A DNA stretch of 64,000 nt from an uncultured Clostridia bacterium (GCA_947589015.1 CANPZF010000004.1:8726-72725), one strand, 5' to 3'. Positions 13,101 through 24,951 are shown, counted from the first letter of the stretch. The notes: a model not told the origin generated them from the letters alone. Numbers and translations: made by a program.

Positions 13101-15259
13101 TTAATATCTTTAATATTATTTTCTTTACTATTTACTATCTCAATTTCTGGCGTAATTTCTTTTTCACCTGTTTGTTTCTCTAAAAATACCTTTTCTTCTT
13201 CATTTGGTTCAACTGTTTCTACTTGCAATTCATCTACTGAATAAATAGTTATTAAATCTGTTGGTGCTACTATTTTTATTGGAATTTCTGCATTTCCTTC
13301 TTCTAGAGCATTAGCATAGCTTTCTGCATTTTGATTACTATATATCATTGTAATTTTACTATCTTGAGTTGATAGTTTTCTATCTAATACAACATTTGCA
13401 TTTATAACAATCGTTGCACCTTCTAAAGAACCTTGTGCATACATAGTCTGCTTTCCTTGTAATTCTATTGTTATTACATTTCCTTCTACTACATAGTTTA
13501 CTATTTTCAACTCTTCATCATATAAAATATTTATATTATTTATTGAAATGTTTTCTACTCCATCTGGTAATATTACTTTTACTACTGGATTTTCATATAA
13601 ATCATATTTTTCTTCTGCCGTATTTAATACTGCCCTCATTTCAATGTCATTAGCTATAACTGTTGATAAACTTTCTTTATCAGCTTCTAATGTTGCATAA
13701 GTAGATGTATCTTGTAATTCTATATCGCTTTGTAATTCAATAGGTTCTAAGTTTTCCAATGTTTGATTATATTTTCCTGAAATTTGTGTTGATATTTTAT
13801 TAGCTTGTTTTATTATTTCTTTTTCTCTACTTGCTACATTCTTAACATGTGTAAATTCTATTTTTCCTTCTTTTGTTGGGTTTTCAATTATTATTTCAAT
13901 TGTTTTTACTTTTGATTCTTCATAATTAATTACTATATTTCCTTCTTCATTTGCTTGTGCATTTTTATCTATTGTAGCAATTAGTTTTGAGCCACTATAA
14001 ATTTTTATTTTTGAATCTTCATTTCCTAACATTTCATCAAATTTTGATTTATTAATATATGTCTGTACATAATATGTATTACTATCAATTAAATTTTCAT
14101 TTATCTGAGTTTCATAATTTGATGCATTTTCTACTACTCTAACTTCATTAACTGCTTTTACTAAATTGATTTCAACCGTTGTTTTCGTTGCTATTTTACG
14201 ATTTATTCCTGCATATAGTTTACCTTTGTATATACTTTCCTCAGCATTTTTTGATTGAATTCCAATAATAGAATCTTTTTCTTCATTATTTAAAGTTATC
14301 ATTACATCATCTGCCTTAACTTCGCTTTTGTCTCCTAATGTTAATTTTTGAGTTAATGTAACTTTACTTTCTTCAACACTTGCATCTTTATCATATATAT
14401 AACTAATAATAATTTCTTCTTGTCCCTGTTTTTTCCATGAAACTTTTTCATCTTCATTATTTAAATCTATTAAAAGTTTTTGATTTTTAGTTTCATATTT
14501 ATAATTTTTCATGTTATTTAAATTTGCATTTAAAACAATTTGAGGTTCTTTATCACCTATGTTTGGTATTGAAATCTCTGAATGTATACTTTTAATTGGG
14601 TATGTATTATCTAATAAACCTAATTTTACTCTCATTTGGATAACTCTTGCATCTTCATTGTCTACTTTAATAATTCTGTTAGTAATAACATCCATTTCAG
14701 ATACTACATTTTCTTTATTTATATTGCTTACTAAATTCAATTGTACCTTTTTATTTGCATTAATTTTAATATCTTTTTCTGTACTATCATGATAAGTTCC
14801 TTCTAAAGTTATTTCACTTTGCATGTCTAATAAACCTAAATCAAAAATATCTTCTTTTAAAGGTTCTATAGATACTTCTAACTCTATATTTTCACCTTGA
14901 GATATTCTATTTAAGTTTATTGTATTTCCATCTACATTATTAACATAAGGGTTTTCTATTTTTGATATTTTGAAATTAGATTTTTCAAGTTTTATATTGC
15001 CATTAAAATATCCTTCCCTTTGTACTTGTAACTGCAAATATAACTTCAAATCTGTATCTGTAGGTTGCTTTTCTAGTACAGGTACATGCTCTCCTTTTTC
15101 ATTTTTAAAATACACTCCAAATTTTACATTGTTATGGTTTGTACTTATATCATCAGCAGCATAACTGAAAAAAGTTTTCCCAACAAAAATAAAATTTGAA
15201 ATTGTCATACTTAGTATTACTAATACTACTAAACCAATTTTTAATACTTTGTTCTTCAT
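10172..15259 (-). CDS. giant surface protein (1695 aa): signal peptide, many Ig-like/DUF11-like repeats, Pro/Asn/Ser linker, SdrD-B-like domain, C-terminal membrane anchor
   Basis: N-terminal signal/TM segment (LKIGLVVLVILSMTISNFIFVG). PNNPSDSDNPSNPTNP linker. ITGVAWYDANENGKKD...TDDTGTYLLNNIGKGKY (SdrD-B-like). C-terminal ILYYSIIIFSIIAILSVAVIVVKKQRNK. Confidence 0.8.
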   Translation of the reverse strand: MKNKVLKIGLVVLVILSMTISNFIFVGKTFFSYAADDISTNHNNVKFGVYFKNEKGEHVPVLEKQPTDTDLKLYLQLQVQREGYFNGNIKLEKSNFKISKIENPYVNNVDGNTINLNRISQGENIELEVSIEPLKEDIFDLGLLDMQSEITLEGTYHDSTEKDIKINANKKVQLNLVSNINKENVVSEMDVITNRIIKVDNEDARVIQMRVKLGLLDNTYPIKSIHSEISIPNIGDKEPQIVLNANLNNMKNYKYETKNQKLLIDLNNEDEKVSWKKQGQEEIIISYIYDKDASVEESKVTLTQKLTLGDKSEVKADDVMITLNNEEKDSIIGIQSKNAEESIYKGKLYAGINRKIATKTTVEINLVKAVNEVRVVENASNYETQINENLIDSNTYYVQTYINKSKFDEMLGNEDSKIKIYSGSKLIATIDKNAQANEEGNIVINYEESKVKTIEIIIENPTKEGKIEFTHVKNVASREKEIIKQANKISTQISGKYNQTLENLEPIELQSDIELQDTSTYATLEADKESLSTVIANDIEMRAVLNTAEEKYDLYENPVVKVILPDGVENISINNINILYDEELKIVNYVVEGNVITIELQGKQTMYAQGSLEGATIVINANVVLDRKLSTQDSKITMIYSNQNAESYANALEEGNAEIPIKIVAPTDLITIYSVDELQVETVEPNEEEKVFLEKQTGEKEITPEIEIVNSKENNIKDIKVIGDFPTDGAQNNAGIKLTRGIEIPEKEGVKVYYTENEKANTNLSNEENGWEENIQDISKAKKYLITIDELKNQEGVIANYKAEIPEGLDYNQGANIAYDVEFTDGISNMQSEAKSSVINMTTGEGASAKLEVSASVGNTQLKNGDTVRAGEVIKYHLTVTNVGTEDIKEGVLEAPIPEGTVYVEPKPYYEYTGSGYYKEIEKDNYSAKIQDLKVGDKVETEYEVRVKKDIADNKAIEYSYKVSYNDIKKESEKISVNAERGDIRVSLKRVTDREIEIKPLGTISYYLIVENMSETKKDDVKVKSFIPEQMKVQSASILTGYEDIDIKDENIRDDEVTGKYIDVPRNENTKEEKIEYSEEINIGSLNAGENKILYYSILIGNIISTTSLDVYSVVKDGEEEYRSNVWRQVVNNYDVDITMTSNVEEKYIEVENMIEYSINLKNNKDESIYALEMIDELPSELAIQKITVDGEEKNVTKNSINLSIDLEGNKEADIKILAKVDNMELTEPRQIENQAEARILSETVAQTDKIVHVIEANAEPEPDDSTYPDAPTNPDDVPPPSVQNNPNNPNNPSDSDNPSNPTNPNTPSNPTNPSNPSNPTNPSNPNNQNNPSDSDNPSNPTNPNTPSNPTNPENTQTKSITGVAWYDANENGKKDLSEEKLKGIKVSVLNVETNQLVKNVQAVTDDTGTYLLNNIGKGKYMLIFDYDKTQYGLTEYKAKDVTERENSDVIKNQLVIEKETKEVAATDVIQIEDDNIDGVNIGLVKLKDFDLKLEKYISKVIVQNTSGTTVREYENTNLAKVEIDAKLLKNTNVVVEYKIKVSNVGEVEGYAKNIVDYLPADFKFSSEMNKDWYQSGNSLYNTSLANEKISAGQTKEITLTVTKAMTENNTGRVSNTAEIAEDYNELGLKDLNSTPANRADGENDISSADLLISIKTGKILYYSIIIFSIIAILSVAVIVVKKQRNKNEKKIEKI
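11201..11400. repeat. 117-nt (39-codon) tandem direct repeat, about 1.7 copies, inside the 1695-aa gene
   Basis: tggatttgttggattacttggggtatttggatttgttgggttgcttggattatccgaatcacttggattatt starts at 11201 and again at 11318. Encodes PSDSDNPSNPTNPNTPSNPTNP... twice. Confidence 0.85.
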
Positions 15260-15735
15260 AGGTTTCCTCCTCGCTTATAATGAGTCTCCATTTCAACTCA
15301 ATATATATAATATATATTACACTTTTTAAAAAATAAATCAATATTCTTTATTTTGTCTTTTGCAAATAGTTATTTTTTCCCTTTACGGAAAGACTATTTA
15401 ATGAATTTTTACTATAATATGTTTATTTCATTACATTTTTGTAACATACTAACTCTATTATTTATTATACCTTCTTTTTCTATCTTTTTCAATGGTTTTA
15501 TACAAATTTTTAAAGTTTTTATGTAACTTTTAAAGGTAAATTTATATATGAAACTAAAAAGCTATTATATAATATTAAGATAAATAGTAATTTAGTTGAT
15601 TATAATTACAAAAAAATAATATAAATCTTTTGTGTGCTAAATATATTTTTCTTTTTTATCTATTGAATAGCAACTTTGAAATTTTCACATATAATAATAT
15701 ATATCCTACATATAATATAAATAGAGGTGATATAT

Positions 15736-16146
15736 ATGACTGAAAATTTTAATATTAATGAAAATACAATGAACCAAATAAAAAATATGGTTGATAATGG
15801 GAATATTGCTGATGCAATTTCACAAATTTCTCCAGAAATGATTCAAAATTTTTCTAAAATAATTAATAATAATGAACAATCAAAATCAGAGCAAACTACT
15901 ACAAATTCTTCTAATAATGAAGGTTTTGATTTTTCCAACATAGACATGAATATGGTTATGAAATTAACATCTGCAATGAATAAAATGAATAATAAAAATG
16001 ATCCTAGAACCAATTTATTGCAATCCTTAAAACCATATTTAAGAGATAGTAAAAAAGAAAAACTAGATCAATATGTGAACTTGCTCAACGTCACTAAGAT
16101 TGCAGATATTTTGAAAGAAGACAAAAAGGAGAATCAGCATGAATAG
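15736..16146 (+). CDS. hypothetical protein (Asn-rich, about 136 aa)
   Basis: RBS AGAGGTG at 15723-15729 followed by ATG at 15736. The ORF track starts at an upstream GTG (15727). Confidence 0.55.
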   Translation: MTENFNINENTMNQIKNMVDNGNIADAISQISPEMIQNFSKIINNNEQSKSEQTTTNSSNNEGFDFSNIDMNMVMKLTSAMNKMNNKNDPRTNLLQSLKPYLRDSKKEKLDQYVNLLNVTKIADILKEDKKENQHE

Positions 16147-16465
16147 ATTTCCTTTTCCAGGATATTCTTATAATTATTACAAATATTATCCTAAATACAC
16201 TAATCCAAATACTTTGTCATCTAAAAATAATACCATAAATACAAATGAAGTAAAAAACGATTCACATAAAAAATCACCTAAATCTAGTCCATTTACCTTT
16301 AATTTCGATGGCTTCACATCAAATGATGAAGCTATCGTTACTTTATTTGGTATTAAACTATATTTAGATGACTTAATTATTCTTGGTTTATTATATTTAT
16401 TATATCAAGAAAAAGTAAAAGATGACATGCTTTTTATTTGTCTATTATTGCTTCTTCTTTCTTAA
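16139..16465 (+). CDS. hypothetical small protein with hydrophobic C-terminus
   Basis: The ATG overlaps the stop of the upstream ORF by 8 nt, suggesting translational coupling. Tyr/Asn-rich N-terminus, C-terminal LIILGLLYLLY...LLLLLLS. Confidence 0.45.
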   Translation: MNRFPFPGYSYNYYKYYPKYTNPNTLSSKNNTINTNEVKNDSHKKSPKSSPFTFNFDGFTSNDEAIVTLFGIKLYLDDLIILGLLYLLYQEKVKDDMLFICLLLLLLS

Positions 16466-16467
16466 TT

Positions 16468-17079
16468 TTAGTCTATAATTATTTCATTTTCTACAACATA
16501 TGCACAAGCCTGCCTATGCATAAATTCTTCATCTCTATTCATTTCTTTTACTATATTAGCTATTCTAATTTGAACAGTATCTATGTTTCCAGCAGCTATT
16601 ATAGCTTGTCTGTTTCCTTTTGCTCCTGCATGTGCCAAACCTCTTAAGTTACCTAATACTATTATATTATCAGATGCTATTATTTCTGCTCCTGAATTAA
16701 CATCTCCTATTATTACCAGACTTCCATCTGATTCAATTTTTTGTCCAGAGCGTAAAGAACCTCTATGGAATTCAGTTTCAGATATAGCTATATCTCTATC
16801 AAATGTTTTCTTTATACTATGTAGCCCTAAGCTTTTAGGTGTTTCAAATTGTATTTGTACATCTATTTTTTCTTTTATTAATTCCTGTATTTCATCCATT
16901 TCTTTATTTTTAAGTACTTTTCCAGAAATTATAATAGGTGTTTTTTCATCTTTATAAAATTTTTTTAATTCAGAAACTTTTTTTCCTAAGCAATCCATTA
17001 TTTCTTGTTGAGTAGCATTTTCTTCTATTTTTATTATAATTTGGTCATTTTTTAAATACGCCATTATAGTTTTTTTCAT
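16468..17079 (-). CDS. minC: septum site-determining protein MinC
   Basis: C-terminal beta-helix signature HRGSLRSGQKIESDGSLVIIGDVNSGAEIIASDNIIVLGNLRGLAHAGAKGN. Last gene after mreBCD-PBP2. Confidence 0.85.
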   Translation of the reverse strand: MKKTIMAYLKNDQIIIKIEENATQQEIMDCLGKKVSELKKFYKDEKTPIIISGKVLKNKEMDEIQELIKEKIDVQIQFETPKSLGLHSIKKTFDRDIAISETEFHRGSLRSGQKIESDGSLVIIGDVNSGAEIIASDNIIVLGNLRGLAHAGAKGNRQAIIAAGNIDTVQIRIANIVKEMNRDEEFMHRQACAYVVENEIIID

Positions 17080-17108
17080 TTTTACATCATTCCTTTCCTT
17101 TTCGTATT

Positions 17109-19253
17109 TTATCTCATCATCTGTACTTGTGGAATAGCTGACATATTTTCTTGCACATTTTGCGTATTCATTCCAAAATATTCTGACATAATGTCTCTTA
17201 CAACCTCTGCTGTATAATTACCATGTCCACCATTTTCTACCATAACCACTATTGCAATTTCAGGATTATCAAATGGTGCAAATCCTACAAACCAAGCATG
17301 TACTTTATTATTTGGTGCCTCAGCTGAACCTGTTTTTCCTCCAACTTCTATATTAAAATCTTTAAATCTTACATATGCAGTTCCTCCACTATCTGCTGTA
17401 ACTGACCTCATTCCTTCTAGTATTGCATTTAAGTTGTTTTGGTTTATATCCATTTCTCCAGTAGTATCTTCTCCTAAACCTAATTTCTGATTTACAAAAT
17501 TATTTATTTCTTCTTTTGAAACTTGTGAACCATCAGGTCTTTGTATTGATTTTACAATACTAACATCTATTTTTCTACCTCCATTTGCTAACATACTAAT
17601 ATATTTTGCCATCTGCAAAGGTGAAAATTCATTATCGCCCTGTCCAATTGCTGCATTTAACGTATCTCCAGGATTCCAGTTAGAATTATCTGAATGTAAT
17701 TGTTGTTTACTTTCCCTGCCTGCTAATACTCCTGATGTTTCACTAGGTAACTCTATTCCTGATTTAGTTCCAAGACCAAAATATCTAGCTACTTCAGTCA
17801 ATTTATCAATTCCCATTCTATCTGCCGTTTCGTAAAAAAAGTAATTACAAGATTTTTCTATTGCCTGAGAAACATTCAGCCAGCCATGTCCTGAACCATA
17901 ATCTGTAAAATACCAACATTTAGGTGCAATATCTCTATATTTTGTATATACTCCTGTATCATTAATTCTAGTAGATAAATTAATTACTCCTGATTGTAAT
18001 CCTGCAATGGCTGTTATCATTTTAAATGTTGAACCTGGTGAATAAGAATTTTGCAGTGCTTTATTTACTAATGGTTTTGCTTCATTATCTCTATATGAAG
18101 CCCAATTTTGTGTACTAATTCCTCCAACAAAATCTTGTGGATTATAATCTGGATAACTTGCCATTGCTAAAACTTCTCCAGAGTTTACATTCATAACAAC
18201 ACAAGCACCTGCTTTTGTATCAAAGGCTTGTCCAAATCCACCACTAGCAATTTTTTCAATATTTGCTTTTAAAGCATCCTCTGTAATTTTTTGCAAATTA
18301 GAATCTATCGTTAAAACTACATCACTTCCAGCTATAGCCTCTTGAGCAATATATTCTGCCGTTATCGTTCCATCAACTGCCATATCTATTTGTTTGACTC
18401 CATTTTTTCCCTTTAAATATTCTTCAAATATACTTTCTATTCCAGTTTTTCCTATTATATCATTACTATCATATGTATCTTTTCTAGTTTCATATTCCTC
18501 TGAACTAATTTGTGAAGCATATCCTAGAATATGTGAAGCTAAATTTCCTTTTGGATAATTTCTTTGTGGTTCTACTACTATATTTATTCCTGGAAATTTA
18601 TCTCCATTTTCACTAAATTCTGCTACTGCTTCTCTTGAAATATTATCTGCTATTTTCAAAGATCTTGTACTACTGTAACCATTTGTTGTAATTGCATATC
18701 TTATTGCTATTATTTTTCTTGTTTCCTCTATACTCTCATTTGATATTTTATACTTGTTCTTAAATTTATAAAATGCATCTTCTGCTGATATGTTTTCTTC
18801 TAAATCATTTGATTTTATCCATTTAGCTAAAGACTCATCTGAAATTGTATATGCAAATGGATTAATACTTATAGGAAAGTCGTCAACATATGTACTTTGA
18901 TATTTTTCCAATACCTGAATTATATTTAATATTGAAGCATTCAAAACATCGTTATCTATTTTGCTTTTATATAATTCTACTCCAAATCTAGCATTTGAAG
19001 ATGCTAGAATATTGCCTGTTTTGTCTAAAATTGACCCTCTTGCAGCTTCTAATACACTTTCTCTTGTAAGTCTAGTATTTGATTCTATTCTATATTCTTG
19101 TCCATGTACTATTTGTAAATTAAAAAGTTGTATTATTAATATTATTCCAATTACATAAGTTATCACTGTTAATACATTAAATCTTAATTTTATATTAGTT
19201 TTATGCTTTTTCAATATTCTATCACCTTCTTTTATATAACTTTTTATACACAA
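17109..19253 (-). CDS. mrdA: penicillin-binding protein 2 (elongation transpeptidase)
   Basis: N-terminal TM segment, PBP dimerisation domain, transpeptidase motifs (SPGSTFK, KTGSAE). Position directly after mreD. The true start may be internal. Confidence 0.85.
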   Translation of the reverse strand: MCIKSYIKEGDRILKKHKTNIKLRFNVLTVITYVIGIILIIQLFNLQIVHGQEYRIESNTRLTRESVLEAARGSILDKTGNILASSNARFGVELYKSKIDNDVLNASILNIIQVLEKYQSTYVDDFPISINPFAYTISDESLAKWIKSNDLEENISAEDAFYKFKNKYKISNESIEETRKIIAIRYAITTNGYSSTRSLKIADNISREAVAEFSENGDKFPGINIVVEPQRNYPKGNLASHILGYASQISSEEYETRKDTYDSNDIIGKTGIESIFEEYLKGKNGVKQIDMAVDGTITAEYIAQEAIAGSDVVLTIDSNLQKITEDALKANIEKIASGGFGQAFDTKAGACVVMNVNSGEVLAMASYPDYNPQDFVGGISTQNWASYRDNEAKPLVNKALQNSYSPGSTFKMITAIAGLQSGVINLSTRINDTGVYTKYRDIAPKCWYFTDYGSGHGWLNVSQAIEKSCNYFFYETADRMGIDKLTEVARYFGLGTKSGIELPSETSGVLAGRESKQQLHSDNSNWNPGDTLNAAIGQGDNEFSPLQMAKYISMLANGGRKIDVSIVKSIQRPDGSQVSKEEINNFVNQKLGLGEDTTGEMDINQNNLNAILEGMRSVTADSGGTAYVRFKDFNIEVGGKTGSAEAPNNKVHAWFVGFAPFDNPEIAIVVMVENGGHGNYTAEVVRDIMSEYFGMNTQNVQENMSAIPQVQMMR

Positions 19254-19261
19254 TAATTTAA

Positions 19262-19804
19262 TTAAAAATATTTTGTTAATATTTTATTTGTGTTATATAT
19301 ATTTTCTATATAATATCCAAATTTTTTTATTAATGGATAAATTATTATTGATATAATTAAATTATATATTATCTCAATTGCTAATATACGTATAAAATTT
19401 ACTATTTCTAAATTTATTCCAAATATGACAAAATTTAGTATATACACTATAGTTTCAAATAAAAATGTTGCTCCCATTACCATAAACATAATTGTTGCTC
19501 TACTGTCTTTTGAAAAGTTTTTATCAAAAATAGCAGCCAAAAGCCCTATTATTCCATATACAACTGCATATATTCCCAAATTAGTTCCTATTGAGAAATC
19601 TAAAATGATTCCCAAAACTATTCCATACAATACTGGCATTGTTGCATTACTAAATAGTCCTATAAATAATATATATATTACAAAGAGATTTGGCATTATC
19701 CCTGAAATTGTAAACCAATTGAAAAAATTAGATTGTAAAAAATATATAGCAAACGCTATGACTATCAATTCTATATTAATTACTAACTTTTTCAATTGGT
19801 TCAC
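19262..19804 (-). CDS. mreD: rod shape-determining protein MreD
   Basis: 180-aa polytopic membrane protein directly downstream of mreC. Confidence 0.75.
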   Translation of the reverse strand: MNQLKKLVINIELIVIAFAIYFLQSNFFNWFTISGIMPNLFVIYILFIGLFSNATMPVLYGIVLGIILDFSIGTNLGIYAVVYGIIGLLAAIFDKNFSKDSRATIMFMVMGATFLFETIVYILNFVIFGINLEIVNFIRILAIEIIYNLIISIIIYPLIKKFGYYIENIYNTNKILTKYF

Positions 19805-19809
19805 CTCTT

Positions 19810-20625
19810 TTATTTATTTGTTATCACAAGTACTGTATCTAACTTATTAAAATCTACCGCTGTTTGTATTAACGCATACCTATCTGTCATATTTTGTGTA
19901 CTAACAACTCTTTGTACAATTCCAATGTGTATACCTTTTGGGTATATTCCTCCTAATCCAGAAGTTTCTATGCTATCACCTTGAATAATATTAGTATCTG
20001 TTGGTATATACATTGCCTTTAAAGTTGATTTTTCATCTAGTGTTCCTTTACATACTATTGATTCATTTGTCGTGCTCATTGAACAACTAATTGAGCTTGC
20101 TGTATCTACTATAGTTTGTACTTTTGCTGTAGAATCAGTTACTGACACTACATGACCAACAAGTCCTTGGTCGCCTATTACTGTCATGTTTTCTTCTACA
20201 CCATCTCTTTTTCCTATATTTATAACTATTGTTTTAGAATAATTACTAATGTCTTTATTAATAACATATCCTGGAATTGTTTTATATTCTCCATATTTTT
20301 CTGTTAATTGTAAATATTCTTTTAATGTTTCATTTTGTGTTTTTATGTTTTCTAATTCTCTTAAAGATTGTTCTAATTCACTATTTTTTTCTTTTAGTTG
20401 TTCATTTTCTTGTTTTAAATTATTTATATCTGTAAAAAATGTATTATTCCCACTAAGTTGATTTTTTAAATATGTTAATCCATTTTGTATTGGCATAACT
20501 AAGTTACTTGCAAAGTTTTCAAAAACTGAAGAATTTGCTTCCCCATTAGAAAAAATAACTATTAATACTAATAAAATAATCGTTATTATAATACCAATTA
20601 ATCCAGCTTTTCCGTTTTTATACAT
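19810..20625 (-). CDS. mreC: rod shape-determining protein MreC
   Basis: N-terminal TM segment, coiled coil (NNLKQENEQLKEKNSELEQSLRELEN) and C-terminal beta domains (GLGGIYPKGIHIG). Confidence 0.85.
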   Translation of the reverse strand: MYKNGKAGLIGIIITIILLVLIVIFSNGEANSSVFENFASNLVMPIQNGLTYLKNQLSGNNTFFTDINNLKQENEQLKEKNSELEQSLRELENIKTQNETLKEYLQLTEKYGEYKTIPGYVINKDISNYSKTIVINIGKRDGVEENMTVIGDQGLVGHVVSVTDSTAKVQTIVDTASSISCSMSTTNESIVCKGTLDEKSTLKAMYIPTDTNIIQGDSIETSGLGGIYPKGIHIGIVQRVVSTQNMTDRYALIQTAVDFNKLDTVLVITNK

Positions 20626-20645
20626 TTTCTATCTTCCTTTTAAAA

Positions 20646-22409
<1,764 letters not shown>

Positions 22410-22443
22410 AATACCAATCCTTTCTTTTTATTATTTGCCCCTA

Positions 22444-22701
22444 CTATATTTTTCTATATACTATTAATGCTAGTACTACCCCTATAATACTAGAACAACT
22501 TATTTTAAACATTAAAGCAAATGTTACTTTTAATATGCTTAAATCTAAAACTATTGGATTCTCTAATCCAAAACTCTCTCCATAAGATAGCCACCAAAGC
22601 CAATCTACTTTGGAAGCTAATTCCCCTAATAGTCCACCTATTACTAGACCTGATAATATAAATATAAGTAGTATCCATATATTTTTGTCTTTTGTTGCCA
22701 T
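22444..22701 (-). CDS. small membrane protein (DUF4321-like)
   Basis: 85 aa with two TM segments (WILLIFILSGLVIGGLLGE...). Lies in the radC/mreB neighbourhood as in other sporeformers. Family assignment is from memory. Confidence 0.5.
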   Translation of the reverse strand: MATKDKNIWILLIFILSGLVIGGLLGELASKVDWLWWLSYGESFGLENPIVLDLSILKVTFALMFKISCSSIIGVVLALIVYRKI

Positions 22702-22975
22702 TTTTATTCCTCCATTTTTTATTTTTTCTTACGGACATTATGTTTTAATTCACATGAGTATTATATATTTATTTATTAAATTTTTCAAGTAAAATACTTT
22801 ATTTTTTTATTTTTATATGATATATTAATTGAAATTTGAAATAATCTGATTACACACTTAAGTATTTATATATAAAAATACTAGAATATATATTACCAAA
22901 ATTTGTGCATTTAAATATAATAATAATAGTAGTATAATATAATTAATAGTTTATTTTAGGAGGAGCTAAACTTAT

Positions 22976-23623
22976 ATGAAAATTGAAAAATTAACAGAAA
23001 ATAAAATACGAGTAATAGTAAGTATTAAAGATTTAGAAAAAAGTAATACAGATTTACATAGTATCATGACAAAAGCCTTAGAAGCACAAGGTCTTGTTTT
23101 AGAAATATTATCTAAAGCTGAAAAAGAGGTTGGTTTTAATACAGAAGGTTGTAAACTTTTAATTGAAGCTTTTTCTTCTTCTGATGATATGTTTATTTTC
23201 ACTATTACTAAATACAATGTTCAACAAACTGAAAATAATATTAACAGTCCTTCAACTTTAAATAAAAAATTAACTGTTAAAAGAAAATCTATTAATATAA
23301 ATAGCACAACAGCCTTTTTTACTTTTGATAGTTTTGATAACTTTTGTAATTTTTGTCACTGTATTTTAAACATACGTGAACTTAATTTAAAAAATATATG
23401 TAAAAACACTTCTCTATATTTATATAATAATATCTATTACTTAGTTTTAAATAACATTAATACTAATTATTCTCTATTAAATAGATTTTATTCTACTATA
23501 TCTGAATTTGGAAAAGTTGTAAATTATTCTAAGCAATTTGAAAATAAGCTTTTAGAACATAGTACAACTATTATAAAAAAGGATGCTATTAATATAGCCT
23601 CAAAATATTTTTCTAATAAATAA
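22976..23623 (+). CDS. mecA: MecA-like adaptor protein
   Basis: N-terminus MKIEKLTENKIRVIVSIKDLEKSN...LLIEAFSSSDDMFIFTITK resembles the MecA N-domain. RBS AGGAGG upstream. Confidence 0.55.
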   Translation: MKIEKLTENKIRVIVSIKDLEKSNTDLHSIMTKALEAQGLVLEILSKAEKEVGFNTEGCKLLIEAFSSSDDMFIFTITKYNVQQTENNINSPSTLNKKLTVKRKSININSTTAFFTFDSFDNFCNFCHCILNIRELNLKNICKNTSLYLYNNIYYLVLNNINTNYSLLNRFYSTISEFGKVVNYSKQFENKLLEHSTTIIKKDAINIASKYFSNK

Positions 23624-23658
23624 ATGATGAGGGAGTCTATTTCAAACTCCCTCATCAT
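23624..23658. terminator. bidirectional terminator hairpin
   Basis: 13-bp perfect stem atgatgagggagt / actccctcatcat between the convergent mecA-like gene and the M23 peptidase gene. Confidence 0.8.
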
Positions 23659-23687
23659 TTATTTTGCATTTTATATTTGTTTTTATT

Positions 23688-24707
23688 CTAATATAAATAG
23701 TTTTGTGGATTATATGCTACTCCATTTACTCTAATTTCTAAGTGTAAATGTGGTCCTGTTGAGTTTCCTGTTGAACCAACTGCTGCAATTTTTTGTCCTT
23801 GTGAAACTTGTGTTCCTGCTGATACATATAAGGCATCACAATGTGCATAATATGTTTGTATTCCATTTCCATGTGATATTACAAGCATATTTCCATATGA
23901 TCCTTTATATCCAGAAAAAGTTACAGTTCCTGAAGCTGCTGCAGCAATAGGTGTACCTCTTGATGTTGCTATATCTAGTCCTGTGTGAGAAGATCTTCTT
24001 ATACTGCTACCTGCTCCAAATCTAGAAGTTATTGTTCCTGAAATCGGTCTAATTAAAGATATTCCTAAATTTACTTTTCCTGTAGATGTTGTTGTTGCTG
24101 TATTAACACTTCCTGTAGCTGCATATTTATTGATTGTTGATTTGTTATTTGCTACTACCACTGGTTTTGGTGGTTCTACGTATAATTTTGCAATTGCATC
24201 ATCTGAAGAAACTAATTCTTTTAATTCAGTTTCATATTTTTCTACAATTGATATATTGTCTACATTAGTACTTTTCTTTTCTTTTAATGAATTTACTACT
24301 TTTTCTGCTTCTTCAAAATTAGAAACATATAATTTTTCTTCTTGATTTTCTAATATTGCATAATATCTATAATATGCAACTCCTTGATCTTTTACTTTAT
24401 TAAAAATTTCTTCATCATTTGATGTGACATCTTTCTTTAGTAAGCACATCTTATATTCTGGTAAGCTTGTTACCTGCACAAATGCAATATTAGTGTTGTC
24501 TCCTTCCCCATTTTCAACATATTGATTGATTTCATATTGTAGTTTTGATTTGTTTTCTGTATATCCCACTTGTTCTCCATCTATAAACACTGCATATGTG
24601 GGTTTATACAAAAATGTAACTAAGCCAATAATTAAAAAAGTAGAAATCATAAAAAGAGCTATAAATTTTATACTTCTTTTTGTGTGTACTATTACCTTTT
24701 TTAACAT
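23688..24707 (-). CDS. membrane-anchored M23 family metallopeptidase
   Basis: N-terminal TM segment. C-terminal HTGLDIA...GSYGNMLVISHGNGIQTYYAHC...GSTGNSTGPHLHLEIRVNG. Confidence 0.85.
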   Translation of the reverse strand: MLKKVIVHTKRSIKFIALFMISTFLIIGLVTFLYKPTYAVFIDGEQVGYTENKSKLQYEINQYVENGEGDNTNIAFVQVTSLPEYKMCLLKKDVTSNDEEIFNKVKDQGVAYYRYYAILENQEEKLYVSNFEEAEKVVNSLKEKKSTNVDNISIVEKYETELKELVSSDDAIAKLYVEPPKPVVVANNKSTINKYAATGSVNTATTTSTGKVNLGISLIRPISGTITSRFGAGSSIRRSSHTGLDIATSRGTPIAAAASGTVTFSGYKGSYGNMLVISHGNGIQTYYAHCDALYVSAGTQVSQGQKIAAVGSTGNSTGPHLHLEIRVNGVAYNPQNYLY

Positions 24708-24951
24708 TACCCTATCTCCTTTGTATTTTTATATTTATATAATATTTTATGTTCCATTTTTTTGCAACAAGATTTAATGTGTAATTTCCGTAAGTATTTT
24801 TGTTTTTTCATTCATATTCTTCTTTTTATTCTCTTTTTCAAAATTTTTCATGTGCTATAAGTACAAACAACTAGCTAGAGTCTTATATAAATGAAAAAAG
24901 ATTTTAATTAGTTAATACTAACCAAAACCTTTTAATATCTTTACAATTTTT

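Noticed and set aside
22505-22738. ORF 22505..22738 (-), which overlaps the DUF4321-like gene.
   Set aside because: It is an out-of-frame overlap with the membrane-protein ORF, which has a better start context and a coherent two-TM sequence.
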